From NCBI GenBank assembly GCA_026707945.1, contig JAPOVV010000025.1:50564-114563 (forward strand): a stretch of DNA of 64,000 nucleotides, in the 5' to 3' direction. The stretch's first letter is position 1. Every line of letters begins with the position of its first letter. This DNA is from Gammaproteobacteria bacterium. Its GTDB lineage: Bacteria; Pseudomonadota; Gammaproteobacteria; Pseudomonadales; Azotimanducaceae. The position numbers were made by a program, and so were the translations under genes. Shown in pieces: positions 35,415 to 45,039 of this stretch. The notes under the pieces are model-generated. The model saw only the letters and a list, made by a program, of their open reading frames with translations. It ran no database searches and had not been told where the DNA came from.

Positions 35415-37590
35415 TTCGTACTTTGTCGGTGTTCTTGCCGAACAAGCCCGTTCGGATACACAAGCCGCCCCGTTTGAGCTCTCGGACCTAATCTCCAAAC
35501 TGCGGTACCTTACGCCGCAACAAATTGCCGAAGTCCGTGAAGCATGTAAGTACGCTGAACGCGCGCACGAAGGGCAAACACGAAAGACTGGTCACTCCTA
35601 CATAACCCATCCTCTCGCGGTCGCTGGCATCCTCGCCGAGCTGGAAGCCGACCACGAAACTGTTATGGCAGGCGTCCTTCACGATGTCATTGAAGACTGT
35701 AACGTCACGAAAGAGACGCTCGAGACACGATTCGGCATAAAGGTCGCGAATATTGTTGATGGTGTGACTAAGTTGGCGGAGTTTTCGTCTACTCAAGAGT
35801 TTCACGCAACGAATATTCAGAGTATCGCGCTTGCGACCGTTAAGGATCCTCGTGTGATCGTGGTCAAACTTGCCGACCGACTCCACAACATGCGTACGCT
35901 CGCCGTCGTCGATAAGGACAAGCGGCTTGCCATTGCCACTGAAACACTTGAAATTTATGCCCCGATCGCACAACGCCTCGGTATCTATGTCATCAAGAAC
36001 GAACTTGAAGACCTTGCATTCGCAGCGAAAAACTCATTTCGTTCAGATCACATCACTTATGCGGTAGAGAGATTCGAAAAAGCTAACGAAGACAACATCC
36101 GCGTCGTTCAGAGCCGCATTCAAGCCCATTTCAATGAGATTGGCTTGGATGCTTCGATTAACTACCACTCGCCTCATCTTTATGCGATCTATCACAAGAT
36201 GAAGCACGGACCGATGACGTTTGACGAAGCGATGACATTCCTGAATTTCCGTGTGCTCACGCACAGCACGGAAGACTGTTATCGAGCGCTCGGCGCAGTC
36301 CACCAGGTCTTCAAACCAAATACACGAGGATTTCACGACTATATCGCCGCTCGGAAACACAACGGATACCAGTCCCTTCACACGCAGGTGATTGGTCCTC
36401 GTGGCAAACTGACGAAGATTCAAATTCGCACGCTTCAGATGGAGGAGTTCGCGAACCGCGGCATCACAACCATCCATCCCAACGCGATGGACACAAGTGT
36501 TGAGGGTTTGAACGAAGCGCTAATGAAGTCGTTCGCCGACACCATCGAAGACATTCAAGACCATGCCGACAATGCGATCGACTTTGTCGCAAAATTCAAA
36601 CACGATCTAGTACGCGATCGCATCTTGGTGTACACGCCAGATGGTGATGTCATCCATCTGCCAATTGGCGCAACAGTCATAGATTTCGCATACGCGATTA
36701 GTACGACGCTAGGCGCTCAATGCACTGGCAGTTTTGTCGACAATCAGCCAGCTCCGCTGTCCACCCTGCTCGAAACTGGACAAACGGTCGACGTGCAGAC
36801 CGAAAACAGCTCGATGCCAAGTCCAGCTTGGCTTGACTACGCTGTTACGCCGCGCGCACGAAATGCCATCAAAAGGCAACTCGACCGCAGCAGTCACTCA
36901 CTCGCGCTGAAGACCGGACAGCGCTTGCTTGACGCCGCGCTAGCACAAGCAGGAATAACGCTTGAAGACCTCGACTTCCGAAGCCATCGAAAGGTCTACA
37001 AGGATTTAAATGTCAAGCATCGCAACGAATTGCTACTGGCCGTAGGTCGCGGTCAGTTACAACCTCGATTTGCTGCAATGAAACTACTCTCGTCCGTTAA
37101 AGACGAGACCCCGAGTATTTACCTCGAAGATGGTCATTCAACGGTCAATATTGTTAATCAAAAACTAAACGCCACATTTGCGAATTGCTGTGGACCTGTC
37201 CCCGGAGACCAGATCGTCGGGCATGGAACCAGCCAGAAAGGCTTCGTTGTACATCGTCGTGCGTGTGCGACAGCGAAAAGTGACAAAAAGGCCGATCGTG
37301 TGCCTCTAACGTGGGGCGACACCAACAATGAGGAATTCTCGACCGGGTTGATGATCTGGGTGACGGGCGAAAAAGATTCGATCTACAAACTCGCAAGTGC
37401 GCTGAGGCTCGCAGATGCGAGTTTGATGCGCCTCGACACGCCCCCGGAACAAGGGATCACCAACGCCGTTCGCGTCGAGATCAAAGTCCGTAACTCCGAC
37501 CATCTAAAACGCGTTTCAAGCAATCTAAGGCGTTCACACTTTGTTGCGAAAGTGCAGCGCGTCGGCGACCGCGCCGAAACTGAGGAGTAG
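35389..37590 (+). CDS. spoT: RelA/SpoT-homologue, SpoT-type (HD hydrolase intact; synthetase motifs substituted)
   Basis: HD domain ([31 protein letters not shown]). Synthetase-like domain, TGS domain ([25 protein letters not shown]) and ACT-like C-terminus. Gapless alignment to E. coli SpoT. The start at 35389 overlaps rpoZ by 26 nt and is somewhat uncertain. Confidence 0.9.
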   Translation: MATNRPTSSSYFVGVLAEQARSDTQAAPFELSDLISKLRYLTPQQIAEVREACKYAERAHEGQTRKTGHSYITHPLAVAGILAELEADHETVMAGVLHDVIEDCNVTKETLETRFGIKVANIVDGVTKLAEFSSTQEFHATNIQSIALATVKDPRVIVVKLADRLHNMRTLAVVDKDKRLAIATETLEIYAPIAQRLGIYVIKNELEDLAFAAKNSFRSDHITYAVERFEKANEDNIRVVQSRIQAHFNEIGLDASINYHSPHLYAIYHKMKHGPMTFDEAMTFLNFRVLTHSTEDCYRALGAVHQVFKPNTRGFHDYIAARKHNGYQSLHTQVIGPRGKLTKIQIRTLQMEEFANRGITTIHPNAMDTSVEGLNEALMKSFADTIEDIQDHADNAIDFVAKFKHDLVRDRILVYTPDGDVIHLPIGATVIDFAYAISTTLGAQCTGSFVDNQPAPLSTLLETGQTVDVQTENSSMPSPAWLDYAVTPRARNAIKRQLDRSSHSLALKTGQRLLDAALAQAGITLEDLDFRSHRKVYKDLNVKHRNELLLAVGRGQLQPRFAAMKLLSSVKDETPSIYLEDGHSTVNIVNQKLNATFANCCGPVPGDQIVGHGTSQKGFVVHRRACATAKSDKKADRVPLTWGDTNNEEFSTGLMIWVTGEKDSIYKLASALRLADASLMRLDTPPEQGITNAVRVEIKVRNSDHLKRVSSNLRRSHFVAKVQRVGDRAETEE

Positions 37591-37593
37591 ACC

Positions 37594-37977
37594 ATGCAGT
37601 CTTACGCCATCGACTCGAAGCATGCGCCAGAGCCGATTGGACCTTACTCACATATGGTTCGCGTCGGCGATATGCTATACCTCTCTGGTCAGATTGCACT
37701 TAATCCTGACACGATGGAACTCAATGCCGCCAGCACTGAGACGGAAGTAAGGCAAGTTTTTAAGAACATCGAAGCGGTCTTAAAGGCAGGAGGCGCCGAC
37801 CTCAACAACATCGTCAAACTTACCGTCTTTATCACGGACCTAGATCGTTTCAACAGTGTGAACGTTGTCATGAGCGAACTGTTGTCGCCTCCGTATCCCG
37901 CCCGTTCTACTGTCCAAGTGGCGGCATTACCTCGAAATGCGACTGTCGAAGTCGAGGCCATCGCCGTCGCAAAATAA
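37594..37977 (+). CDS. ridA: RidA/YjgF-family reactive enamine/imine deaminase
   Basis: APEPIGPYSH...GQI...FKN..AVL.A.G..L..IVK.TVF..D...F..VN and PARSTVQVAALP match the RidA family signature. Confidence 0.9.
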   Translation: MQSYAIDSKHAPEPIGPYSHMVRVGDMLYLSGQIALNPDTMELNAASTETEVRQVFKNIEAVLKAGGADLNNIVKLTVFITDLDRFNSVNVVMSELLSPPYPARSTVQVAALPRNATVEVEAIAVAK

Positions 37978-37986
37978 CGCGAATCT

Positions 37987-39987
37987 GTGCCGTCCAATTT
38001 AGTCACGTCGATCTCCGGCGTTGGACCGCAAGCCGCCGAACGTCTTCATCACCTTAACATCAGGACGGTCGCGGACCTTCTCCTCCATATGCCGCGCGAC
38101 TATCAAGATCGCACGCGACGAACTTTCCTAAGAGATCTCAGCGACGAAGAGTGCGTTGTTCAAGGCACCATCGTTGAGGTCGCAGAGTCTTACAAGAATC
38201 AACGTGGTATGCAGGTGTTCTTTGAGGACGAAACCGGTCGGGGAACCTTGCGTCTACTGCACTACGGTTCCTATCAACGGAACTTATTTCGAATTGGTTC
38301 GTGGCTGTACGTTTACGGCAAGCCTGCATATGGCAAGACGTTTATTCACCCTCAATATCGAGTGTTTCATGAGGACCCAGGCGAACCAGCTTCCGAGTTT
38401 CGACCTGTTTACCCGGCGACGGCGAGTATCAGTAGCGCCAGACTCGGCGCGTGGATTGTCCAGGCGATACCCGAAACGGCGTTTTTTCCGAAGTTCAAGT
38501 ATGACGAACTGACATTAGAGGAAGCGGTTCGAGAGGTCCATCAACCTACCCCAACCAGCTATCCCGATTCAATGCACGGGGCATTCCGACGCGTAGTCTT
38601 CGACGAAATGCTCGCGTTTACACTCGTCCAACGCCGTCAACGTCAGCATAAGAACCATGAAACCGACCCTTTACCTTCTATCGCGGGACTGGAACAAAAG
38701 TTGCTTCACGATCTGGGGTTTGCACTGACCTCCGCACAAGAGCGCGTTGCCGGGGAAGTTCTAGACGATCTTTCGAAACCCATTGCTATGCGACGTTTGA
38801 TCCAGGGAGACGTGGGCTCTGGTAAGACCGTCGTGGCGGCTCTTGCCGCTATTCGAGCTGCGGAGAACGAGACCCAAACCGCGATCATGGCACCTACCGA
38901 ATTGCTCGCCGAGCAACACTTCCAGGTATTTACCGAATGGCTCACGCCACTTGGAATCGAAGTTGGCTTACTCACCAGTCGCATGGCAACACGACAGCGC
39001 CGAAGCCAACAAGACGCAATCACAAACGGTCATGCCCAGGTGGTCGTCGGAACTCACGCGTTATTTCAGGAAAAGACGATCTTCAAGCGTCTAGCCTTGT
39101 CAATCATTGATGAGCAACATCGGTTCGGTGTGCATCAACGTATGCAAATGACTGGGAAGGGTGAGAATGCTCATCAGCTCGTGCTTACTGCTACGCCTAT
39201 ACCGAGAACCCTCGCACTGACTATGTTTGGTGATCTGGCGGTCTCGACTATTGACGAGCTACCCCCGGGTCGAACCCCGATCAGAACAACTATCCATGCC
39301 AACGAACGCCGGGAAGATGTCGTTGAAGCAGTCGAGCAGCAACTTAGAAACGGGCAGCAGGTTTACTGGGTATGCGTCGCGATCGACGAGAACGAAGAAA
39401 CCACTCTATCCGCAAGCACGACGACATTCGAACAACTCAAGGAACGATTCACCAATATTGGCGTCGGACACGTCAATGGCCGCATGAGGGTCGATGAAAA
39501 GAATCAAGTCATGACTGCTTTTCGCGAAGGGGAAATTAGACTGTTAGTTGCTACAACTGTGATTGAAGTCGGCATAGACGTCGCAAACGCCACCGTTATG
39601 GTGATTGAGAACGCCGAACGACTAGGCTTGGCGCAGTTGCATCAGTTGCGCGGTCGGGTTGGACGCGGCGGTGAACAAAGTTACTGCCTTCTACTCTATC
39701 AAACTCCTCTTACCGGATCCTCAAGAGAACGACTTGAGGCGATGCGACGTTCGACCGATGGGTTCGAGCTCGCTGAGGTTGACCTAAAGACAAGAGGCAT
39801 GGGACAGATGTTCGGCAATCGCCAATCGGGCGTTGATCCGTTCCGAGTTGCCAGTCTTTCGTCTTTCGTCGAGCGTTACGAGGAATTAGGTTCGGTCTCG
39901 GAAAACCTGTTAAGAGACCATCCATCACTCGCAGATGAAATCATCGCAACCTGGACCCCAGAAGGGCAGGGATATGCGGCAACTTAG
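37987..39987 (+). CDS. recG: ATP-dependent DNA helicase RecG
   Basis: Wedge-domain N-terminus. Walker A GDVGSGKT. DEQH box (IIDEQHRFG). Motif VI QLHQLRGRVGRG. GTG start. Confidence 0.93.
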   Translation: MPSNLVTSISGVGPQAAERLHHLNIRTVADLLLHMPRDYQDRTRRTFLRDLSDEECVVQGTIVEVAESYKNQRGMQVFFEDETGRGTLRLLHYGSYQRNLFRIGSWLYVYGKPAYGKTFIHPQYRVFHEDPGEPASEFRPVYPATASISSARLGAWIVQAIPETAFFPKFKYDELTLEEAVREVHQPTPTSYPDSMHGAFRRVVFDEMLAFTLVQRRQRQHKNHETDPLPSIAGLEQKLLHDLGFALTSAQERVAGEVLDDLSKPIAMRRLIQGDVGSGKTVVAALAAIRAAENETQTAIMAPTELLAEQHFQVFTEWLTPLGIEVGLLTSRMATRQRRSQQDAITNGHAQVVVGTHALFQEKTIFKRLALSIIDEQHRFGVHQRMQMTGKGENAHQLVLTATPIPRTLALTMFGDLAVSTIDELPPGRTPIRTTIHANERREDVVEAVEQQLRNGQQVYWVCVAIDENEETTLSASTTTFEQLKERFTNIGVGHVNGRMRVDEKNQVMTAFREGEIRLLVATTVIEVGIDVANATVMVIENAERLGLAQLHQLRGRVGRGGEQSYCLLLYQTPLTGSSRERLEAMRRSTDGFELAEVDLKTRGMGQMFGNRQSGVDPFRVASLSSFVERYEELGSVSENLLRDHPSLADEIIATWTPEGQGYAAT

Positions 39988-39992
39988 TTTGC

Positions 39993-40160
39993 CTAACCAA
40001 TCTCGATCATTTCGAAATCTTCTTTACCGACCCCGCACTCTGGGCACATAAAATCCTCTGGCACGTCCTCCCAGAGAGTTCCAGGCGGGACATCTTCCTC
40101 CTCGCAACCTTCCGCTTCATCGTAGATGTAGCCACAGACAATGCACTGCCACTTGCGCAT
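39993..40160 (-). CDS. Rubredoxin (55 aa; absent from the ORF track)
   Basis: Manual translation of the minus strand gives MRKWQCIVCGYIYDEAEGCEEEDVPPGTLWEDVPEDFMCPECGVGKEDFEMIEIG*. It has both CxxCG / CPxCG iron-binding knuckles. Confidence 0.88.
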   Translation of the reverse strand: MRKWQCIVCGYIYDEAEGCEEEDVPPGTLWEDVPEDFMCPECGVGKEDFEMIEIG

Positions 40161-40217
40161 GGAGATAAGAAGGGTAAAAACTTAAGTGGGTAATCTTATT
40201 TTGGTGTTAAGTCGGTC

Positions 40218-41081
40218 TTGATCGACAAGCTCGTTGCTATTCTGCAACTGACGAGACTCGACCTTCCTGTCGGTTCCTTACTGCTGATGTGGCCCACTAT
40301 AACGGCTCTTTGGATTGTAAGTGAAGGGATTCCCCCGTACGACCTGCTCCTGCTCTTTATCGTGGGTACCGTGCTTATGCGTTCGGCAGGTTGCGTCATC
40401 AATGACATCGCCGATCGAAATTTCGACGCCCATGTCAAACGAACGTTTAAGCGCCCACTCGCTGAAGGACGTCTATCAGTCTGGATGGCATTGATCGTTT
40501 TTGCAGTACTCGCTGCACTTGCGCTACTGGTCGTACTACAACTAAACGTCAAGACGCAGCTGCTAGCCATCGTGGGTTTCGGGATCGCCGTCCTTTACCC
40601 CTTCATGAAACGAGTTACGATGTTGCCACAACTAGTGCTTGGACTCGCGTTCTCGTGGGGGATTCCATTGGCTTCAACTGCAGCGCTCGATTCTTGGGAT
40701 TTCCATCCCGCGCTTTATCTGCTTTTTGTAGCTAATTTCTGCTGGATAGTGGCGTACGACACAATCTACGCCATGGTTGATCGCGACGACGACATCAAGC
40801 TCAACTTAGGTTCAACCGCAATATTGGCTGGTAGTCAGGTCGTCACTGTGGTTGCCGTACTCATGCTCATGACGACTGGGCTTTGGCTGTTAATGGGGAT
40901 CGTTCTGGATCTCACGTTGAGCTTTTACATCGCGTTGCTGATCATCATCGGATTGTTTGGGTATCAATGGCGCGAGCTGCGGACACCGGACAATCGGAAA
41001 GGTTGGTTTGTCGCGTTCAAAAGCAATATTTGGGTAGGCACAGCCCTCATGATCGGTACCGCTTTGGGATTGGCGTCTTGA
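40218..41081 (+). CDS. ubiA: 4-hydroxybenzoate polyprenyltransferase
   Basis: NDxxDxxxD motif (NDIADRNFDAHV) and a second Asp-rich motif (YAMVDRDDD). About 9 TM helices. Non-ATG start. Confidence 0.9.
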   Translation: MIDKLVAILQLTRLDLPVGSLLLMWPTITALWIVSEGIPPYDLLLLFIVGTVLMRSAGCVINDIADRNFDAHVKRTFKRPLAEGRLSVWMALIVFAVLAALALLVVLQLNVKTQLLAIVGFGIAVLYPFMKRVTMLPQLVLGLAFSWGIPLASTAALDSWDFHPALYLLFVANFCWIVAYDTIYAMVDRDDDIKLNLGSTAILAGSQVVTVVAVLMLMTTGLWLLMGIVLDLTLSFYIALLIIIGLFGYQWRELRTPDNRKGWFVAFKSNIWVGTALMIGTALGLAS

Positions 41082-41584
41082 TTCATCATATCGTGCGGTT
41101 CATAGAGCGAATCAACGGATTGTTGGGTAGATCTGTTGCGATACTCGTGCTCTTCATGGCCATACTCACGCTCGTTATCGTCGTGTTGCGGTACGTCTTT
41201 GATATTGGCTCGATCGCTCTTCAGGAATCCGTCCTTTACATGCATGCCACCCTCATCATGCTTGGCTTGGCGTATGCCCTGCAAACGGACAGTCACGTCC
41301 GTGTCGACATCGTCTATACGCGATTGCGACCTAAATTCAAACGCCTGATCAATCTGTGTGGACATGCGCTTTTTCTGATCCCTTTCGCGATTCTCTTGAT
41401 CATATATAGCTGGGATTACGTCCTTGCATCGTGGCGCGTACAAGAAAGTTCACCCGAAGTCGGTGGCATTCCGGGTATTTACTTACTCAAGTCGCTTATT
41501 CCTCTATCTGCGACGTTATTGATACTGCAGTCACTGTGCGAAATTACTCGGCTGCTACTCGAACCACGACAAGCCATTGATTGA
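41078..41584 (+). CDS. TRAP transporter small permease (DctQ-type)
   Basis: In-frame TTG 41078 overlaps the ubiA stop (TTGA). 168 aa with 4 TM helices. The portion of track ORF 40883.. upstream of 41078 overlaps ubiA in another frame. Confidence 0.78.
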   Translation: MIHHIVRFIERINGLLGRSVAILVLFMAILTLVIVVLRYVFDIGSIALQESVLYMHATLIMLGLAYALQTDSHVRVDIVYTRLRPKFKRLINLCGHALFLIPFAILLIIYSWDYVLASWRVQESSPEVGGIPGIYLLKSLIPLSATLLILQSLCEITRLLLEPRQAID

Positions 41585-42938
41585 GTGGCTGCCACTGCTA
41601 ATGTTCGCAGTGGTATTCCTGATGATCCTTTCCGGTTACGCCGTCGCACCGACGCTCGCCGGAGTCGCGCTCATCTTCGCGCTCGTTGGCGCTGCGACCG
41701 GAGTTTTCCAGCTAGCGGATCTCGGTTTCATGCCTATCCGCATCTTTGGGGTCATGAGCAATACAGTGCTCATTGCCTTACCCCTGTTCATCCTGATGGG
41801 CGTGACTCTCGAACGCACCAATATCGCCAACAAGCTATTGCAGTCCCTTTCCATCTTGATGGCACGAACGCCCGGTGGACTGGCGATTGCGGTGGTACTG
41901 GTAGGGGCGCTAATGGCCGCTAGTACGGGTATTGTTGGTGCGACGGTAGTGACGCTGGGATTACTCGCACTGCCCGTCATGCTGAAACAAAACTATCGAC
42001 CAAGTTTCGCAACTGGAACAATCGCAGCCACTGGCACCCTCGGTCAGATCATCCCACCTTCAATCGCACTCGTGCTCCTCGGTGATGTCCTGTCAAATGC
42101 ATATCAACAAGCGCAACTGTCGATCGGCGTCTTCAACCCTAAGACCGTATCCGTGGAAGATCTATTCATTGGGTCGTTGCTACCAGGATTGGTACTAGTA
42201 GCGCTCTACGCAAGCTACATCTTCGTTCGCAGTCAGATTGATAAGACGGCAGCGCCTCCCGCCGTTCGAAGCGAAGAAGAGCTGAAACTCGGTGAATTGC
42301 TGACCAGTTTGGTGCCACCGATACTGTTAATCGTTGTAGTGCTCGGTTCCATTTTGGCGGGTTATGCGACGCCGACGGAAGCCGCCGGTGTTGGTGCGTG
42401 TGGGGCGCTGCTCATGGCTCTATTGCAACGAGCGTTGTCCATCGAAACATTGAAGGAGATATGCAGGTCGACTCTAACGACGACCGCGATGGTGTTCTTC
42501 ATCCTGATCGGTGCGTCCGTGTTTTCGTTGGTGTTTCGAGGCTACGGCGGCGATGAGTTAGTATCGGGATGGTTTGCCCACATTGAACACGCTCCGCTGC
42601 TCGCAGTAGGCATCGTCATGCTGGTCATTTTTCTGCTTGGATTCGTGTTGGACTTCGTCGAAATCACCTACATTGTTGTACCGATCGTTGGACCTGTGTT
42701 ACTTGCCATGGGTATCGATCCAGTATGGTTGGGAGTCTTGATCGCGATCAACTTACAGACCTCGTTTTTAACGCCACCATTTGGGTTTGCATTGTTTTAT
42801 CTGCGCGGCGTCACCCCTCCGACGGTCGAAACCGTCGCGATCTACAAAGGCGTAGCACCATTCATCGTGCTTCAACTTATCTTGATCGGTGTTCTCGTGC
42901 TGTTCCCAACCCTCGCCACGTGGTTGCCATCACTTTAA
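41577..42938 (+). CDS. TRAP transporter large permease (DctM-type)
   Basis: 453 aa, about 12 TM helices, typical DctM composition (GVMSNTVLIALPLFILMG, FLTPPFGFALFYL). Overlaps the small-permease stop. Confidence 0.9.
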   Translation: MIEWLPLLMFAVVFLMILSGYAVAPTLAGVALIFALVGAATGVFQLADLGFMPIRIFGVMSNTVLIALPLFILMGVTLERTNIANKLLQSLSILMARTPGGLAIAVVLVGALMAASTGIVGATVVTLGLLALPVMLKQNYRPSFATGTIAATGTLGQIIPPSIALVLLGDVLSNAYQQAQLSIGVFNPKTVSVEDLFIGSLLPGLVLVALYASYIFVRSQIDKTAAPPAVRSEEELKLGELLTSLVPPILLIVVVLGSILAGYATPTEAAGVGACGALLMALLQRALSIETLKEICRSTLTTTAMVFFILIGASVFSLVFRGYGGDELVSGWFAHIEHAPLLAVGIVMLVIFLLGFVLDFVEITYIVVPIVGPVLLAMGIDPVWLGVLIAINLQTSFLTPPFGFALFYLRGVTPPTVETVAIYKGVAPFIVLQLILIGVLVLFPTLATWLPSL

Positions 42939-42943
42939 CTCAA

Positions 42944-43993
42944 CTAGATTTCGAGACCTCGCGGCACACGTAGCGATTCGATCGTCTGGACTTCCTTCAA
43001 AATCTCACCGTATCGCTCGCGCTCATCTGCGGTGCGCTGAGGCATAGAAAATCCAGTAATAGAAGCGTATTCCCGGTTTTCTCGCAGGAAATCCGGATAA
43101 CCCTCGTACGTACATGTCTGCGCGAGTTTTAGGATGTCATCGGGTTGTACCGTCTCACGCATTTCCTCCCATTTCCCGTTCAGCGACAACGCATGCAACT
43201 TCAGACCTAGTTCTTCCAGCCCATGAATCGCCAAAACCTTGTGATAGGTTCGCGTAGATCCATAGAACGACAACGGACGACGCATCGCTTCAATACTTTG
43301 CTCGATCTCACTGTCGTTCTCACCCATAATCAGGTAGCCGCTTGAATTAATCTCAATGTCGTCCCAAGTTCGGTTGGACTTTACCAAACCGGCGCGTACG
43401 GAAGGCAGTAATACTTCTCTCATGTAGCGATCCGACATGATGCCGCCGTGAGGCATGATCACGTCCGCGACTTCACCAGCTACTCGCGCCATAACCGGAC
43501 CAACCATCGCAAGACCGATCTTGGGTAGTCCGCAATCCAACGGACCCGGATTGAAATTGGGCGTCATTAACGTGTAGATATAGTGCTTGCCGAGGAACTC
43601 GGGTTGCGTACCGTTTTGCCAGGAATCCCAAACAGCCCGCATCATTTGGATGTACTCGCGCATTCGTGGCCCTGGAGGCGACCAAGTACCACCGAACCGA
43701 CGAACGTTATGACCCTTGACTTGGCTGCCTAGTCCGATCGTGAAGCGTCCATTCGACAGTTGCTGAATATCCCAGCTTTGCATTGCTAACACGAACGGAC
43801 TCCGCGGAAACGCAATCGTGACTGAAGTTTGGATACCGATCTTTTCTGTCGCCGCGGCAGCTAATGTCATCGTGACGATCGAATCGTGCGACAGTTCACC
43901 GCAGCCAATGATGTCGTAGCCCGCCGCCTCAGCTCTTTTTGCCTGCTCACCGACGGAACCCGGCCAACCACCAACCCCACTCGTTACTTTCAT
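42944..43993 (-). CDS. Luciferase-like (LLM-class) flavin/F420-dependent oxidoreductase
   Basis: TIM-barrel LLM signature regions (FTIGLGSQVKGHNVRRFGG, MREYIQMMRAVW). Length matches the LLM class. Confidence 0.8.
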   Translation of the reverse strand: MKVTSGVGGWPGSVGEQAKRAEAAGYDIIGCGELSHDSIVTMTLAAAATEKIGIQTSVTIAFPRSPFVLAMQSWDIQQLSNGRFTIGLGSQVKGHNVRRFGGTWSPPGPRMREYIQMMRAVWDSWQNGTQPEFLGKHYIYTLMTPNFNPGPLDCGLPKIGLAMVGPVMARVAGEVADVIMPHGGIMSDRYMREVLLPSVRAGLVKSNRTWDDIEINSSGYLIMGENDSEIEQSIEAMRRPLSFYGSTRTYHKVLAIHGLEELGLKLHALSLNGKWEEMRETVQPDDILKLAQTCTYEGYPDFLRENREYASITGFSMPQRTADERERYGEILKEVQTIESLRVPRGLEI

Positions 43994-44120
43994 CGTTCGT
44001 TCCAGTTTCCAGATACCACTTATTCAACACCGTATCGACATGACACGCGCGTGCGATTCTATCTAGCTCAAATCTATGGACTTAATTAGCGAATGAGCGC
44101 GGCACTAACGACTCTATCGA

Positions 44121-44807
44121 TCATTCAATACTTATTTGGATTTCGGTAATGTGCTGGTTCGTTTGAAAGTCGTACCTGTGGTAAAGCTCGCGATACATGC
44201 GCTCGTCATACACACACCCCTTTTCTCGTGCACGATCCTCCCATCGGATCTTCTCCCATCCGCTCCCTTCTTGATGCGGAAAAGGACCGACATACACCAG
44301 ACTGGCGAACTTCATTGCTTCGTATGTCTTAATCTGAAGCCAATCCGGTAGGGGTTTGTCGCTCCCCTGATCGCGTATCGCGATCCCTACATCGAAAATC
44401 ATCTCACCCTGCGCTTTTTCCACCCAGTTGTAGACGTAAATCTCTTCTGGCGGATCATCTTGAAGACTTATGTCGTTATTTCTGAAAAATTCCCATAAGC
44501 GTTGCGTATCCATATAAGGGCGCATCTCTGCGCCAAGTGAAATCGGGGTATTGCTTGACTGGACGAGAGCCGTTAATTTGCCGTACTGTTTCAGCCCAGC
44601 GTCATAGATCTTGTAGGTTGGTCCCGATTCGAGGACTGGGAGCTCATCTTCTTCAACCGACTGGATAACTTTTGAGGCGCTTAGGGTTTGATTTGGTTCC
44701 AGCATGGGTTCTGGGCACGCCGCATTTACGCCTAAGCCGTTCAGTGACAAGGCAATCAATACGACCGTGAAGACGGTGCCTCGGAATATCAGTACAGTTT
44801 CGTTCAA
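44121..44807 (-). CDS. Hypothetical exported protein (C-terminal half weakly GyrI-like/effector-binding)
   Basis: Signal-like N-terminus (VFTVVLIALSLNGLGVNA). The segment FASLVYVGPFPH...W..I resembles GyrI-like domains only weakly. Confidence 0.45.
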   Translation of the reverse strand: MNETVLIFRGTVFTVVLIALSLNGLGVNAACPEPMLEPNQTLSASKVIQSVEEDELPVLESGPTYKIYDAGLKQYGKLTALVQSSNTPISLGAEMRPYMDTQRLWEFFRNNDISLQDDPPEEIYVYNWVEKAQGEMIFDVGIAIRDQGSDKPLPDWLQIKTYEAMKFASLVYVGPFPHQEGSGWEKIRWEDRAREKGCVYDERMYRELYHRYDFQTNQHITEIQISIE

Positions 44808-45039
44808 TTGTTCGCCAACACGATCGTTGGATAGGAGGTCTCAAGGTATTAGAACCGATCAACGGCGGAAACCAAACCGCCGACAGTAATTACGATTGAC
44901 GCTTTGAAGAGTGATGGATTTCGTGTTTTTACGCGACTTCGTGCGTCTATCAATCCGTATAAACTCTCGGGAAGTCGCATGGTCAGGTGTAAGGCTCGTA
45001 CCAAGCGTGCTCGACAGCCCTCTTCACAACAGAGACACT

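Noticed and set aside
35488-35973. Long antisense or overlapping ORFs inside strong genes. Examples: 35488..35973(-), 36043..36477(-), 40196..40570(-), 40964..41443(-), 55726..56223(-), 61376..61885(-), 52351..52893(+), 51306..51701(+), 17230..17637(-).
   Set aside because: These are shadow ORFs opposite confidently identified genes. Their translations are Arg/Ser/Pro-rich with no family resemblance.
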